DNA from: Burkholderiales bacterium
GTDB lineage: Bacteria; Pseudomonadota; Gammaproteobacteria; Burkholderiales; SG8-39
Direction of reading: 5' to 3'
DNA length: 64,000 bases
Assembly (NCBI GenBank): GCA_035459025.1
Contig: DATHYT010000034.1
Location: forward strand, 9,072-73,071
Under the pieces are notes generated by a model. It made no database searches. It was not told the origin of the DNA and saw only the letters and a program-made list of their open reading frames with translations. Below are positions 28,823 through 40,694 of this stretch, in pieces. Made by a program: the position numbers and the translations under genes. Position 1 is the first letter of the stretch. Each line of letters opens with the position of its first letter.

Positions 28823-28823
28823 C

Positions 28824-30128
<1,305 letters not shown>

Positions 30129-30253
30129 GGGAATCCTCAGGTTAGGTTGGGAGAAAGCCTCCCTTCGACCATAGCCCAGAAAAATACCGCGCAGCAACAA
30201 TTCATCTGCCGCCGTCTTAGTATTCCCAAAACAAGGATTTACAGAGACTTAGG

Positions 30254-30282
30254 CCGGCATCGTTTCATGATGCGGATGCCGG
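30254..30282 (-). terminator. stem-loop downstream of rodA (weak terminator candidate)
   Basis: CCGGCATC (30254-30261) pairs with GATGCCGG (30275-30282) around a 13-nt loop, 28 nt past the rodA stop. There is no U-run on the minus strand, so function is uncertain. Confidence 0.3.
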
Positions 30283-30309
30283 TTTCAGAATGCTGCTGCT
30301 GCGCAAAAC

Positions 30310-31422
30310 TCAGGTTTGGACGAGCTTGCGGTGGCGCTGGATGCCCATCAGAAGGCCCACGCCGACGAACAGCGTCGCGAGCGACGTGCCGCCGTAGGAA
30401 ACGAAGGGCAGCGGCACGCCGACCACCGGCAGGATGCCGGCCACCATGCCCATGTTGACGAATGCGTAGGTGAAAAAGATGAGCGTCACCGCGCCCGCGA
30501 GCAGCCGCGCGAACAGCGTCGCGGCCTGCGCGGCGATGGCGAGCCCGCGCGCGACGAGCAGCGCGTACAGCGCGAGCAGCAGCACGTTGCCCACCAGCCC
30601 GAACTCCTCGGAGAACACGGCGAAGATGAAATCGGTGTGGCGCTCCGGAATGAACTCGAGGTGCGTCTGCGAGCCGTTCAGCCAGCCCTTGCCGGCAATG
30701 CCGCCCGAGCCCACCGCGATCGTCGATTGGATGGTGTGGTAGCCCGCGCCGAGCGGATCCTGCAACGGGTCGAGCAGCGTGAGGATCCGGCGGCGCTGGT
30801 AGTCGTGCAGCAGGCCCCAGAGCGGAAACAGGCTGGCGATCGACAGTACGGCGAGGCCGGCGAGCAGCCGCCAGCTCACGCCGGCGAGGAAGATGACGTA
30901 GAAACCCGCGGCGGTCACCAGCAGTGCCGTGCCGAGGTCGGGCTGGCGCGCGATCAGCGCCACCGGCAGCGCGAGCAGCACGCCGGCGACCGCAAAATCG
31001 CGCAGCCGGATCGCGCCCTCGTTGCGGTGGAAGTACCATGCCAGCATCATCGGCACCGCGATCTTCATCATCTCCGAGGGCTGGAAGCGCATCACGCCCA
31101 GGTTCAGCCAGCGGCGCGCGCCGTTCACCACCTCGCCGCCCAGCGCCACGGCGACGAGCAGGGCGACGCCGGCGCAGTAGGCCGGCAGCGCGAGCCGCGC
31201 CAGCGTCTGCGGCGCCACCTGCGCCACCGCCCACATCAGGGCCAGCGCCACCGCGAGATTCGCCAGCTGACTCGCCACGCGCGTGGCGTTCTCGTAGCTC
31301 GCCGAGTACAGCACGCCGAGCCCGACCAGACTGAGCGCCACCGCGATCGCGAGCAGCGGCGCGTCGATGCCCTCGACGACGCGCGCGCGCAGGCGCCGCA
31401 GCGGGTAGCCGGCGATCTCCAT
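30310..31422 (-). CDS. rodA: peptidoglycan glycosyltransferase / rod-shape protein RodA (SEDS family)
   Basis: ATG overlaps the mrdA stop (TGATG). RFQPSEMMKIAVP, HTDFIFAVFSEEFGLVG, LPFVSYGGTS. Confidence 0.93.
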   Translation of the reverse strand: MEIAGYPLRRLRARVVEGIDAPLLAIAVALSLVGLGVLYSASYENATRVASQLANLAVALALMWAVAQVAPQTLARLALPAYCAGVALLVAVALGGEVVNGARRWLNLGVMRFQPSEMMKIAVPMMLAWYFHRNEGAIRLRDFAVAGVLLALPVALIARQPDLGTALLVTAAGFYVIFLAGVSWRLLAGLAVLSIASLFPLWGLLHDYQRRRILTLLDPLQDPLGAGYHTIQSTIAVGSGGIAGKGWLNGSQTHLEFIPERHTDFIFAVFSEEFGLVGNVLLLALYALLVARGLAIAAQAATLFARLLAGAVTLIFFTYAFVNMGMVAGILPVVGVPLPFVSYGGTSLATLFVGVGLLMGIQRHRKLVQT

Positions 31423-33335
31423 CAGTCGCTCTCCGCGTCGCTCTTCACTTCGGCCTCGGGCACCGCGCGCCGCGGCTCTTTCGGCAGCTTGCCGAGCAGG
31501 TAGTAGTCGAGCACGGTGCGTGCGATCGGCGCCGCGGCGCGCGCGCCGAAGCCGCCGTTTTCCACCAGCACGGCGAGCGCGATCTTGGGGCCCTCGAGCG
31601 GCGCGAACGCGATGTAGAGCGAGTGGTCGCGCAGGCGCTCGGCGACCTTGTCCTCCTCGTACTTCTCCCCCGCCTTCATGCCCACCACCTGCGCGGTGCC
31701 GGTCTTGCCGCCGCTCGTGTACTGCGCGCCGGCGAACGCCCAGCGCCCGGTGCCCTCCAGGTTCACGCCGGCCATCGCCTCCTTGATGAACGCGATGTGC
31801 TCCGGCTGCAGCTGCACCTGGCGCACCAGCTGCGGCTCCAGGTACTGGCGCTCGCCGGTGCGCGGGTTGTCGATGTGCGACACGAGCCGCGGCCGGTACA
31901 TGGCGCCGTTGTTGGCGAGCGTCGCCAGCGCCTGCGCCAGCTGCACCGGCGTATAGGCGTTGTAGCCCTGGCCGATGCCGATGGAGATGGTCTCGCCCGC
32001 ATACCAGCGCTGCTGCTCGGGCCGCGAGAAGCGCGCGTGCTTCCACTCCGGCGAGGGCAGCACGCCCTCGGCCTCGCCCTCGAGGTCGATGCCGGTGCGC
32101 GCGCCGAAGCCAAAGCGCTTCATGAATCCGGCAATGGCGTCGATGCCCATGTCATTGGCGAGCATGTAGTAGTACACGTCGGAGGACACGACGATCGACT
32201 TGTACATGTCCACCGTGCCGTGACCACCGGGCTTGGAGTCGCGGAAGCGCCGGTCGCCGAACACGAAATAGCCCGGGTCGGAAATGGTGGTGCGCGGCGT
32301 GCGCTTGCCGAGCTCGAGCGCCGCAAGCGCCATGTACGGCTTGAAGGTCGAGCCGGGCGGGTACAGGCCGGCGATGGCGCGGTTGTTGAGCGGCCGGTCG
32401 GGCGAGCTCATCAGCGCCTCCCAGCTCTGCGGGTCGATGCCGTCGACAAAGAGATTCGGGTCGTAGCCCGGGCTGGAGACGAACGCGAGCACGCCGCCGG
32501 TGGCCGGCTCGATCGCGACCAGCGCACCGCGGCGCTCGCCGAAGGTGCGCTCAGCCACTTCCTGCAGGCGGATGTCGAGGGTCAGCGCGACATTGTTGCC
32601 GGGCTGCGCGGGCGTGCGCGAGAGCGCACGGATGCCGCGGCCGGCGGCGTCGATCTCCACGCGCTCGAAACCGGTGGTGCCATGCAGCTCCTGCTCGTAG
32701 CTTGCTTCGATGCCCGCCTTGCCGATGTAGTCCGTGCCCCGATAGTTGGCATCGACCTGCATGCCCTGCAGTTGCTCGAGGTCGCTCGTCGTGATGCGGC
32801 CGATGTAGCCCAGCACGTGCGAAGCGAGCTCGCCGTAGGGGTAGCGGCGAAACAGGCGCGCCCGGATGTCGACACCGGTAAAGCGCCAGCGATTGACGGC
32901 GATGCGCGCCACTTCTTCGTCGGAGAGCCGCGTGCGGATCGGCAGGCTTTCGGCGTTCTTGGTCTCCTGCAGGAGCTTGCGGAAGCGCGCACGGTCGCGC
33001 GGCTGGATGTCGACGAACTCGGCGAGCTGGGCGATGGTGGCCTCGAGGTCACGCACCTGCGCCGGGAAGATCTCCAGCGTGTACGCGAGGTAGTTGCGGG
33101 CGAGGATCTCGCCGTTGCGATCGAGGATCAGGCCGCGGTTTGGCGGCAGCGGCACGACGGCGATGCGGTTTTCCTCCGCCTTGGCGCTGTAGGCGTCGTG
33201 CTGCAGCACCTGCAGCCAGACGAAGCGCGCCAGCAGCAGCGCGAATGCGATCAGCACGGCCAGGCCCGCGACGCCCAGGCGCACCTGGAAGGCGCGCAGC
33301 TCGCTCTCGGTGTTCCTGAGCTCGGCGAACCTCAT
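31422..33335 (-). CDS. mrdA: penicillin-binding protein 2 (elongasome transpeptidase)
   Basis: ATG 33335 overlaps the mreD stop (ATGA). RGLILDRNGEILA, active-site PPGSTFKP, SSDVYY (SxD/N), GKTGTAQV (KTG). Confidence 0.93.
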   Translation of the reverse strand: MRFAELRNTESELRAFQVRLGVAGLAVLIAFALLLARFVWLQVLQHDAYSAKAEENRIAVVPLPPNRGLILDRNGEILARNYLAYTLEIFPAQVRDLEATIAQLAEFVDIQPRDRARFRKLLQETKNAESLPIRTRLSDEEVARIAVNRWRFTGVDIRARLFRRYPYGELASHVLGYIGRITTSDLEQLQGMQVDANYRGTDYIGKAGIEASYEQELHGTTGFERVEIDAAGRGIRALSRTPAQPGNNVALTLDIRLQEVAERTFGERRGALVAIEPATGGVLAFVSSPGYDPNLFVDGIDPQSWEALMSSPDRPLNNRAIAGLYPPGSTFKPYMALAALELGKRTPRTTISDPGYFVFGDRRFRDSKPGGHGTVDMYKSIVVSSDVYYYMLANDMGIDAIAGFMKRFGFGARTGIDLEGEAEGVLPSPEWKHARFSRPEQQRWYAGETISIGIGQGYNAYTPVQLAQALATLANNGAMYRPRLVSHIDNPRTGERQYLEPQLVRQVQLQPEHIAFIKEAMAGVNLEGTGRWAFAGAQYTSGGKTGTAQVVGMKAGEKYEEDKVAERLRDHSLYIAFAPLEGPKIALAVLVENGGFGARAAAPIARTVLDYYLLGKLPKEPRRAVPEAEVKSDAESD

Positions 33336-33847
33336 AGCGACCGGCGCTCGTCGAGCAGCGCCGACCGGCGCTGCGGCAGCAGCAGCAGCCAGCTCACCAC
33401 CGGCCATAACAGCGTGGCGGCCGCCGGCCCGATGAACAGCGTTGGGCCCGGGAACTCGGCGCCCGCGGCGAGGCGCACGCCGAGCGCTACGGCCTGGGCC
33501 CCTTCGAGCAGGAGCAGCACGTGAAGCATCTGCCCCGGCATGTCGAACCACAGGATGCGGCGCGACAAGCCAATGGCGGCAAAGGCGAGAGCCGAGTAGG
33601 CGAGCGCGTGCTGCCCGAGCAGCACGCCGTTGCCGGCGTCCACCAGCAGCCCGAGCGCGAAGCCGGTGGCAAGGCCCACGCGCCGCGGCTGGCGCACGCA
33701 CCAGAAGGCGAGGGTCAGGGCGACGAAGTCCGGCGTCAGCATGACATCGGGCCAGGGCAAGAAGTCCAGGATCAGCGCGCCGATGAACGACGCGACGATG
33801 ACGCCGGTGCGTACCGGCATCAGGATGTGCTGCGGACGCTCAGCCAT
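33332..33847 (-). CDS. mreD: rod shape-determining protein MreD
   Basis: 171 aa, hydrophobic, positioned between mreC and mrdA. ATG 33847 overlaps the mreC end by 8 nt. Confidence 0.85.
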   Translation of the reverse strand: MAERPQHILMPVRTGVIVASFIGALILDFLPWPDVMLTPDFVALTLAFWCVRQPRRVGLATGFALGLLVDAGNGVLLGQHALAYSALAFAAIGLSRRILWFDMPGQMLHVLLLLEGAQAVALGVRLAAGAEFPGPTLFIGPAAATLLWPVVSWLLLLPQRRSALLDERRSL

Positions 33848-34757
33848 TCCCGGCCCCCGGCTTGCGTGCACGCCGCGTCTTCAGCCCTTTCTTCTCGGCG
33901 GCGTCCTGGGGATAGGCGGGCGGGCGGGCGCCCGCCGAGAGCAGCAGCGCATAGCGGCCGCGCTCGATGCCCGCCACCGGCTGCGCCAGCACGCGCGCGA
34001 ACGTGTAGGAAGCATCGCGCTCGACGCGCACCACCTCGGCCACCGGCAAGCCCGGCGGATACGTGCCGTCGATGCCCGAGGTGACGAGCAGGTCGCCGCT
34101 CTCCACCTCCGCGTTGGCCGCCATGTAGCGCAGCTCGAGCAGACCCGAGGCGCCGCCGCCGAAGGCGATCGCGCGCAGCCCGTTTCTCAGCACCTGCACC
34201 GGGATCGCCTGGTTCTTGTCGGTGAGCAGGGTGACTTCGGAGACGAAAGCGTGCGCGCGCGTGAGCTGGCCGATGACGCCGATGTCATCGACCACCGGCG
34301 CGCCCGGACGCGCACCGTGTTGTGCGCCCCGGTCCACGATCACCTTGCGCGCGTACGGGTCACGCCCCGAGTACAGGATCTCTGCGGGCAGGGCCTTGCG
34401 GTCATGGCGCTCGGCCGCTCCGATCAGGCGGCGCAGATTGGCGGCCTCGGCGGCCGCCGACTCGAAGCGCTGCGCGTCGAGCGCCGCGGCGAGCAGCCGG
34501 GCGCGCAGCGCGGCGTTCTCCTCGCGCAGGTGCGCCTGGCTGGCGAAGTAGCCGCCGAGCCCCTCGACGGCGGCCACCGGCAGGCGTGCGAGTTGCTGGA
34601 TCGGATAGGCGGCGAGCGTCAGCACGCTGCGGATGGCCTCGGCGTAGCCGAAGCGCGCGTCGAGCACCAGAAGCGTCAGCGAAAGCGAGGCGAAGAACGC
34701 GAGCCGGACGAGGGGAGCGGGGCCACGTACGAAAAAGGGCGGGGGCGTGTGCTCCAT
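33840..34757 (-). CDS. mreC: rod shape-determining protein MreC
   Basis: N-terminal anchor, coiled coil (LREENAALRARLL), VVDDIGVIGQLTRAHAFVSEVTLLTD, LVTSGIDGTYPPGLPVAEV. Confidence 0.9.
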   Translation of the reverse strand: MEHTPPPFFVRGPAPLVRLAFFASLSLTLLVLDARFGYAEAIRSVLTLAAYPIQQLARLPVAAVEGLGGYFASQAHLREENAALRARLLAAALDAQRFESAAAEAANLRRLIGAAERHDRKALPAEILYSGRDPYARKVIVDRGAQHGARPGAPVVDDIGVIGQLTRAHAFVSEVTLLTDKNQAIPVQVLRNGLRAIAFGGGASGLLELRYMAANAEVESGDLLVTSGIDGTYPPGLPVAEVVRVERDASYTFARVLAQPVAGIERGRYALLLSAGARPPAYPQDAAEKKGLKTRRARKPGAGNG

Positions 34758-34801
34758 CGCGTAAGAAGAGGGCGGCCGCGGCGCGCGGGCGCCCTCTTCG
34801 C

Positions 34802-35878
<1,077 letters not shown>

Positions 35879-35915
35879 TTAACTTTGTACGCTAAGGCTG
35901 TGTCGCTAAAGGGCA

Positions 35916-35976
35916 TATAATACCCGCAACCAGGCCCCGGGCAAGCACGGGACCGGCCTTCGAACCCGTTTTTTTT
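35916..35976 (+). promoter_or_regulatory. gatC leader: perfect -10 hexamer followed by a hairpin and T8 tract
   Basis: TATAAT at 35916-35921. ACGGG (35947-51) pairs with CCCGT (35965-69) and runs straight into TTTTTTTT (35969-35976), 12 nt before the gatC ATG. CGGG can alternatively pair with CCCG at 35936-39. Confidence 0.35.
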
Positions 35977-35987
35977 GCGCCGCCGTA

Positions 35988-36275
35988 ATGTCGCTTTCCC
36001 CTGACCAGATCCGGCTGATCGCCCGGCTTGCGCGCATCGCCTTGCGCGAGGACGAATCGGCCGCGGTCGGCGAGCGCCTGAACCGGGTCCTCGCCATGCT
36101 CGACCAGCTGAAGGCAGTGGACACCGAGGGCATCGAGCCCATGTCGCACGCGCTGGACGTCACGCAACCGCTGCGGGCCGATACGGTGACCGAGAGCGAC
36201 CAGCGCGAGCGGTTCCAGGTCGCCGCCCCCGCGGTCGAGGACGGGCTGTACCTGGTACCGAAGGTGATCGAGTAA
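35988..36275 (+). CDS. gatC: Asp/Glu-tRNA amidotransferase subunit C
   Basis: 95 aa: IARLARIALREDE...LDQLKAVDTEGIEPMSH. Confidence 0.92.
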   Translation: MSLSPDQIRLIARLARIALREDESAAVGERLNRVLAMLDQLKAVDTEGIEPMSHALDVTQPLRADTVTESDQRERFQVAAPAVEDGLYLVPKVIE

Positions 36276-37736
36276 GTGCTCGACTCCGGCCTCGGCGAGC
36301 TGCAGGCGGCGCTGGCCGCGCGGCGCGTATCCAGCGTCGAGTTGACGCGCCTGTACCTCGAGCGCATCCGCGCCCAGAACGGGCCGCTGAACGCGTTCAT
36401 CACGGTGGACGAGGAGGTCAGCCTGGAGCAGGCGCGCGCCGCCGACGCGCGCCGCGCCCGCGGCGAGGCCGGGCCGCTCACCGGCATCCCGGTGGCACAC
36501 AAGGATATCTTCTGCACACGCGCCCTGCGCACCACCTGCGGCTCGAGGATGCTCGAGCACTACACCAGCCCGTACGACGCGCATGTCATCGAGCGCTTCG
36601 AGGCCGCCGGCGCGGTGCAGCTCGGCAAGACCAACATGGACGAGTTCGCCATGGGCTCGTCGAACGAGACTTCGTACTTCGGGCCGGTGCGCAATCCCTG
36701 GGACCGCACGCGCGTGCCCGGCGGTTCCTCGGGCGGCTCGACGGCGGCGGTGGCCGCGCGCATGGCACCGGTGGCCACCGGCACCGATACCGGCGGCTCG
36801 ATCCGCCAGCCGGCCGCGCTGTCCGGCGTGTGCGGCCTGAAGCCGACCTACGGCCTGGTGTCGCGCTACGGCATGGTGGCGTTCGCCTCGTCGCTCGACC
36901 AGGGCGGGCCGATCGCGAAGAGCGCCGCCGATCTTGCGCTGCTGCTCAACGTCATGGCGGGCCACGACGCGCGCGACTCGACGAGCCTCGCGCGCCCGAA
37001 GGAGGACTACGCGCGCAGCCTCGACCTGAGCCTGAAGGGCCTGCGCATCGGCCTGCCGCGCGAATACTTCGGCGAGGGCGTGGAGCCGGGTGTGCGCGCG
37101 TGCGTGCAGGCGGCTCTCGACTGGTTCACGCAGCAGGGCGCGCGCACCGTGCCGCTCGAGCTGCCCAACGCCGCGCTGGCGGTGCCCGTGTACTACGTGC
37201 TCGCGCCCGCCGAAGCGTCGTCGAACCTGTCGCGCTTCGACGGCGTGCGCTACGGCCACCGCGCTCGGGAGTTCGCCGACCTCGTCGACATGTACAGCCG
37301 CACGCGCGCCGAAGGCTTCGGCGCCGAAGTGCAGCGGCGCATTCTGGTGGGCACCTACGTGCTCTCGCACGGCTATTACGACGCGTACTACCTCAAGGCG
37401 CAGAAAGTCCGGCGCTTGATCGCGAGGGACTTCGCCGCCGCTTTCTCACAGTGCGACCTCGTCATGGGGCCGACGACGCCGACCACGGCGTTCGCCCTCG
37501 GCGCCAAGCTGGACGACCCCGTGCAGATGTACCTGAACGACATCTTCACCATTCCGGCGCCGCTCGCCGGCCTGCCGGCGCTGTCGGTGCCCTGCGGCTT
37601 CGATGGCCAGGGCCTGCCGGTCGGCCTGCAGCTGACGGGCAGCTACTTTGCCGAGGCGCTGCTGCTCGGCGCGGCGCACCAGTACCAGCGCGCCACCGAC
37701 TGGCACCTGCGCGTGCCGAAGGAGGCGCCGCTGTGA
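36276..37736 (+). CDS. gatA: Asp/Glu-tRNA amidotransferase subunit A (amidase signature)
   Basis: GTG immediately after the gat[38 protein letters not shown]. Confidence 0.93.
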   Translation: MLDSGLGELQAALAARRVSSVELTRLYLERIRAQNGPLNAFITVDEEVSLEQARAADARRARGEAGPLTGIPVAHKDIFCTRALRTTCGSRMLEHYTSPYDAHVIERFEAAGAVQLGKTNMDEFAMGSSNETSYFGPVRNPWDRTRVPGGSSGGSTAAVAARMAPVATGTDTGGSIRQPAALSGVCGLKPTYGLVSRYGMVAFASSLDQGGPIAKSAADLALLLNVMAGHDARDSTSLARPKEDYARSLDLSLKGLRIGLPREYFGEGVEPGVRACVQAALDWFTQQGARTVPLELPNAALAVPVYYVLAPAEASSNLSRFDGVRYGHRAREFADLVDMYSRTRAEGFGAEVQRRILVGTYVLSHGYYDAYYLKAQKVRRLIARDFAAAFSQCDLVMGPTTPTTAFALGAKLDDPVQMYLNDIFTIPAPLAGLPALSVPCGFDGQGLPVGLQLTGSYFAEALLLGAAHQYQRATDWHLRVPKEAPL

Positions 37737-38464
37737 GAACGCTGGGCGCGGTGCTGCTCATGCTCGCGCTGACCGCGGCGCGGGCCGACGACGCGGGCGA
37801 AACGCGCGAGCTCCTCGGCATGCTCGGCGGGCGCGCCGCGTTGATGACGCTGTACGACAATCCGCGCCCGGACGGCTCGGCGCGCCTGACCGGCCAGTAC
37901 CTGATCCTGCCCACGCTGCTGCAGCGCTTCCTCGAGGGCGAGCGCAGCAAGCAGCTCGGCGTCACGTTCCTCAAGGAGGGCAGTTCGCCCATCCTCTACG
38001 GCCGGCCGGCCACCGCCACGCTGCAGGGCACATGGACCGGGGGTGTCTTCAAGGGCACGCGCTATGGCCCCGGCGGCCAGGAGCGGGAGCGCTTCGAGTT
38101 CAGCGAGAAGTTTCCCGACATGAACCGGTACAGCGCCGAGGTGCGCTGCGAGCCGGGCGAGGGTCGCTACAGCTCGACGCTCGATCTTGCCGTGCACGAG
38201 GGCCGGCTGCAGCGCCTGGCGTGGAGCTCGCGCGTCGCGCCGGCGGGCCACATCTGCGCGCTGAAGACTGCCGAGCAGCAGCCGGTCGAGGGCGGGCTGC
38301 GCTTCGTCGCCGGGCGCTGCCGCGTCACGCTGCGCGACCTGGGCGAGCTCGTGCGCGTGAGCGCCGAAGACTGCGCCGAGCACTGCGGCTCGCTCGCGTA
38401 CCTGGAGCCGGTGCTGATCGATCGCCGTGGCGGCTGCCAGCTCCTGCGCCTGAATTCGAGGTAG
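37733..38464 (+). CDS. secreted Cys-rich hypothetical protein inserted between gatA and gatB
   Basis: GTG 37733 overlaps the gatA stop (GTGA), with AAGGAGG 7 nt upstream. Signal peptide [20 protein letters not shown]. Six Cys in the mature part. No family recognised. Confidence 0.65.
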   Translation: MRTLGAVLLMLALTAARADDAGETRELLGMLGGRAALMTLYDNPRPDGSARLTGQYLILPTLLQRFLEGERSKQLGVTFLKEGSSPILYGRPATATLQGTWTGGVFKGTRYGPGGQERERFEFSEKFPDMNRYSAEVRCEPGEGRYSSTLDLAVHEGRLQRLAWSSRVAPAGHICALKTAEQQPVEGGLRFVAGRCRVTLRDLGELVRVSAEDCAEHCGSLAYLEPVLIDRRGGCQLLRLNSR

Positions 38465-38468
38465 GGCG

Positions 38469-39932
38469 ATGGCCTGGGAGATCGTCGTCGGCCTGGAGAC
38501 GCATGCGCAGCTCGCCACGCAGAGCAAGATGTTCTCCGGCGCGGCAACGGCGTTCGGCGCACCGCCCAACTCGCAGGCCTGCGCGGTGGATCTCGCGTTG
38601 CCGGGGGTGCTGCCGGTGGCCAACGCCGCCGCGGTGGCGCTGGCGGTGAAGTTCGGGCTCGCCGTCGGCGGCCGCATCAATGCGCGCTCGGTGTTCGCGC
38701 GCAAGAACTACTTCTACCCCGACCTGCCGAAGGGCTACCAGATCAGCCAGTACGAGATCCCGATCGTCGCCGGGGGCGCACTGACGTTCGCCGCGCCCGG
38801 CGGCGAGAAGACCGTGCGCCTGACGCGCGCGCATCTCGAGGAGGACGCGGGCAAGTCGCTGCACGAGTTGCCACACTCGCACAGGGCGCTCGGCCACGGC
38901 ATGAGCGGCATCGACCTGAACCGCGCCGGCACGCCGCTGCTCGAGATCGTGTCCGAGCCCGAGCTGCGCGGGGCGAAGGAGGCGGTGGCCTATGCGCGCG
39001 CGCTGCATGCGCTGGTGCGCTGGATCGGCGTGTGCGACGGCAACATGCAGGAGGGGTCGTTCCGCTGCGACGCCAACGTCTCGGTGCGGCGCGCCGGCGA
39101 CGCCAAGCTCGGCACGCGCTGCGAGATCAAGAACCTGAACTCGTTCCGCTTCATGGAGCAGGCGATCGAGTTCGAGGCGCGGCGGCAGATCGCGCTGCTC
39201 GAGGATGGCGGCGCGGTGGTGCAGGAGACGCGCCTGTACGACCCCGACAAGGGCGAGACGCGCTCCATGCGCACCAAGGAAGAGGCGCACGATTACCGCT
39301 ATTTCCCCGATCCGGACTTGTTGCCGCTGGCGGTGAGCACCGAGGACATCGAGCGGCTGGGCGGGCAACTGCCCGAGTTGCCGCAGGCGATGGCCAGGCG
39401 CCTGCAGTCGGCCCACGGCCTATCGGAGTACGACGCGCGCCTCATCACCGCGAGCCGCGAGACCGCGCGCTACTTCGAGCAGGTCGCGGCCGGTGCGGAC
39501 CCGAAGCTCGCGGCCAACTGGATCAACGGCGAGCTCGCAAGCCGACTTAATGAAGACGGCATAGACATCGGCGCCGCTTTCGTGTCTGCGGAAGTCCTGG
39601 CCTGGATGATCGGCCGCATCGCGGATGGCACCATTTCGAACAAGATCGCCAAAGACAAGATCTTCCCCGAGCTTTGGCGTCGCAAGAACGTCGCGGTAGG
39701 CAAGGCGGAATTTGAAAAGCTGATAGCCGACAACGCGCAGGTCTCCGATGCCGGCGCCATCGAGCGAATCGTCGACGAGGTGCTGGCGAAGAACGCGAGG
39801 CAGGTCGAGGATTACCGCGCCGGCAAGGACAAGGCCTTCAACTCCCTGATCGGCCAGGTGATGAAGGCGACGCAGGGCAAGGCCAACCCCGCGCAGGTGA
39901 ACGAACTGCTGAAGAAGAAGCTCGCGCGCTGA
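38469..39932 (+). CDS. gatB: Asp/Glu-tRNA amidotransferase subunit B
   Basis: [38 protein letters not shown]-terminal YqeY-like tail [17 protein letters not shown]. Confidence 0.94.
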   Translation: MAWEIVVGLETHAQLATQSKMFSGAATAFGAPPNSQACAVDLALPGVLPVANAAAVALAVKFGLAVGGRINARSVFARKNYFYPDLPKGYQISQYEIPIVAGGALTFAAPGGEKTVRLTRAHLEEDAGKSLHELPHSHRALGHGMSGIDLNRAGTPLLEIVSEPELRGAKEAVAYARALHALVRWIGVCDGNMQEGSFRCDANVSVRRAGDAKLGTRCEIKNLNSFRFMEQAIEFEARRQIALLEDGGAVVQETRLYDPDKGETRSMRTKEEAHDYRYFPDPDLLPLAVSTEDIERLGGQLPELPQAMARRLQSAHGLSEYDARLITASRETARYFEQVAAGADPKLAANWINGELASRLNEDGIDIGAAFVSAEVLAWMIGRIADGTISNKIAKDKIFPELWRRKNVAVGKAEFEKLIADNAQVSDAGAIERIVDEVLAKNARQVEDYRAGKDKAFNSLIGQVMKATQGKANPAQVNELLKKKLAR

Positions 39933-39933
39933 G

Positions 39934-40629
39934 CTAGCGGCGCCCGGTCAGCTGGCGGTACTTGCGCTTTTCCTCGTCGTAGCGCGCGTTGATCTCGGCG
40001 GCCTCGCGCTTGCGCGATTCGAGCAGCTGCTCCTGCAGCGAAAGGTCGTAGGCCACCGCTTTGACGTCCTGTTTGTGCTTCTCGGGCATCTCGCGCTCAT
40101 CCTTGTACTTCTCGGACTGCTTGGCGAGCAGCGCCTGGCGCTGCCGGAGCTGTGCAATGCGGGCCTGGACCTGCGCCGCCGCCTCCTGGTTGCTGGCGAG
40201 GTCGCGCTCGCGCACGCGCTCGATGTCGCTCTCGTCGGAGTAGGTCTGCAGCAGGGCACGGTCGCGGCGCGCCTGCACCTCGGCCTGCTTCCGCGCCTCG
40301 GCGCGCGCGGCCTCGGCCTCGGCGGCCTTGCGCTCCTCGGCCTCCTTCGCCGCGCGCTGCTCGGGCGTGAGCGGGGGCTCGATGCGAAACAGCAGCGTCC
40401 CCTGCGCCGAGAGCGCCTCGACCAGCTCGCCCGTGCACTGCGGCGGGATCGTGGAGCCGTAGTACTTGCGTCCCGCCTTGGTCACACAGCGGTACGAGCG
40501 CACCTGCGCGCGCAGGGCGTTGATGCGCGCCTTTTCCGTGGCCTCGTCGGACTTCGCCTGCGCCAACGTCGCGTCGGGCCACGCAGCGATCAGCAACGCG
40601 CAGGCGGCGAGCAGGGGTATGCGGAACAT
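39934..40629 (-). CDS. secreted DUF4124-like coiled-coil protein
   Basis: GGAGGG SD upstream of ATG 40629. Signal peptide MFRIPLLAACALLIAAWPDATLA, YRCVTKAGRKYYGSTIPPQC (DUF4124-like), then a long Ala/Glu/Arg/Lys coiled coil. Confidence 0.7.
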   Translation of the reverse strand: MFRIPLLAACALLIAAWPDATLAQAKSDEATEKARINALRAQVRSYRCVTKAGRKYYGSTIPPQCTGELVEALSAQGTLLFRIEPPLTPEQRAAKEAEERKAAEAEAARAEARKQAEVQARRDRALLQTYSDESDIERVRERDLASNQEAAAQVQARIAQLRQRQALLAKQSEKYKDEREMPEKHKQDVKAVAYDLSLQEQLLESRKREAAEINARYDEEKRKYRQLTGRR

Positions 40630-40653
40630 CGCGACCCTCCATGGTGCGATCAT

Positions 40654-40686
40654 CGCGCGGATTCTAACCCTGCTAGAATCCGCGCG
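40654..40686. promoter_or_regulatory. 13-bp perfect inverted repeat carrying back-to-back TAGAAT -10-like hexamers in the divergent DUF4124/pyrE promoter region
   Basis: CGCGCGGATTCTA (40654-66), 7 nt, TAGAATCCGCGCG (40674-86). TGCTAGAAT (extended -10-like) faces pyrE, and the mirrored TAGAAT faces the minus-strand gene. Confidence 0.4.
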
Positions 40687-40694
40687 CTTCCACC

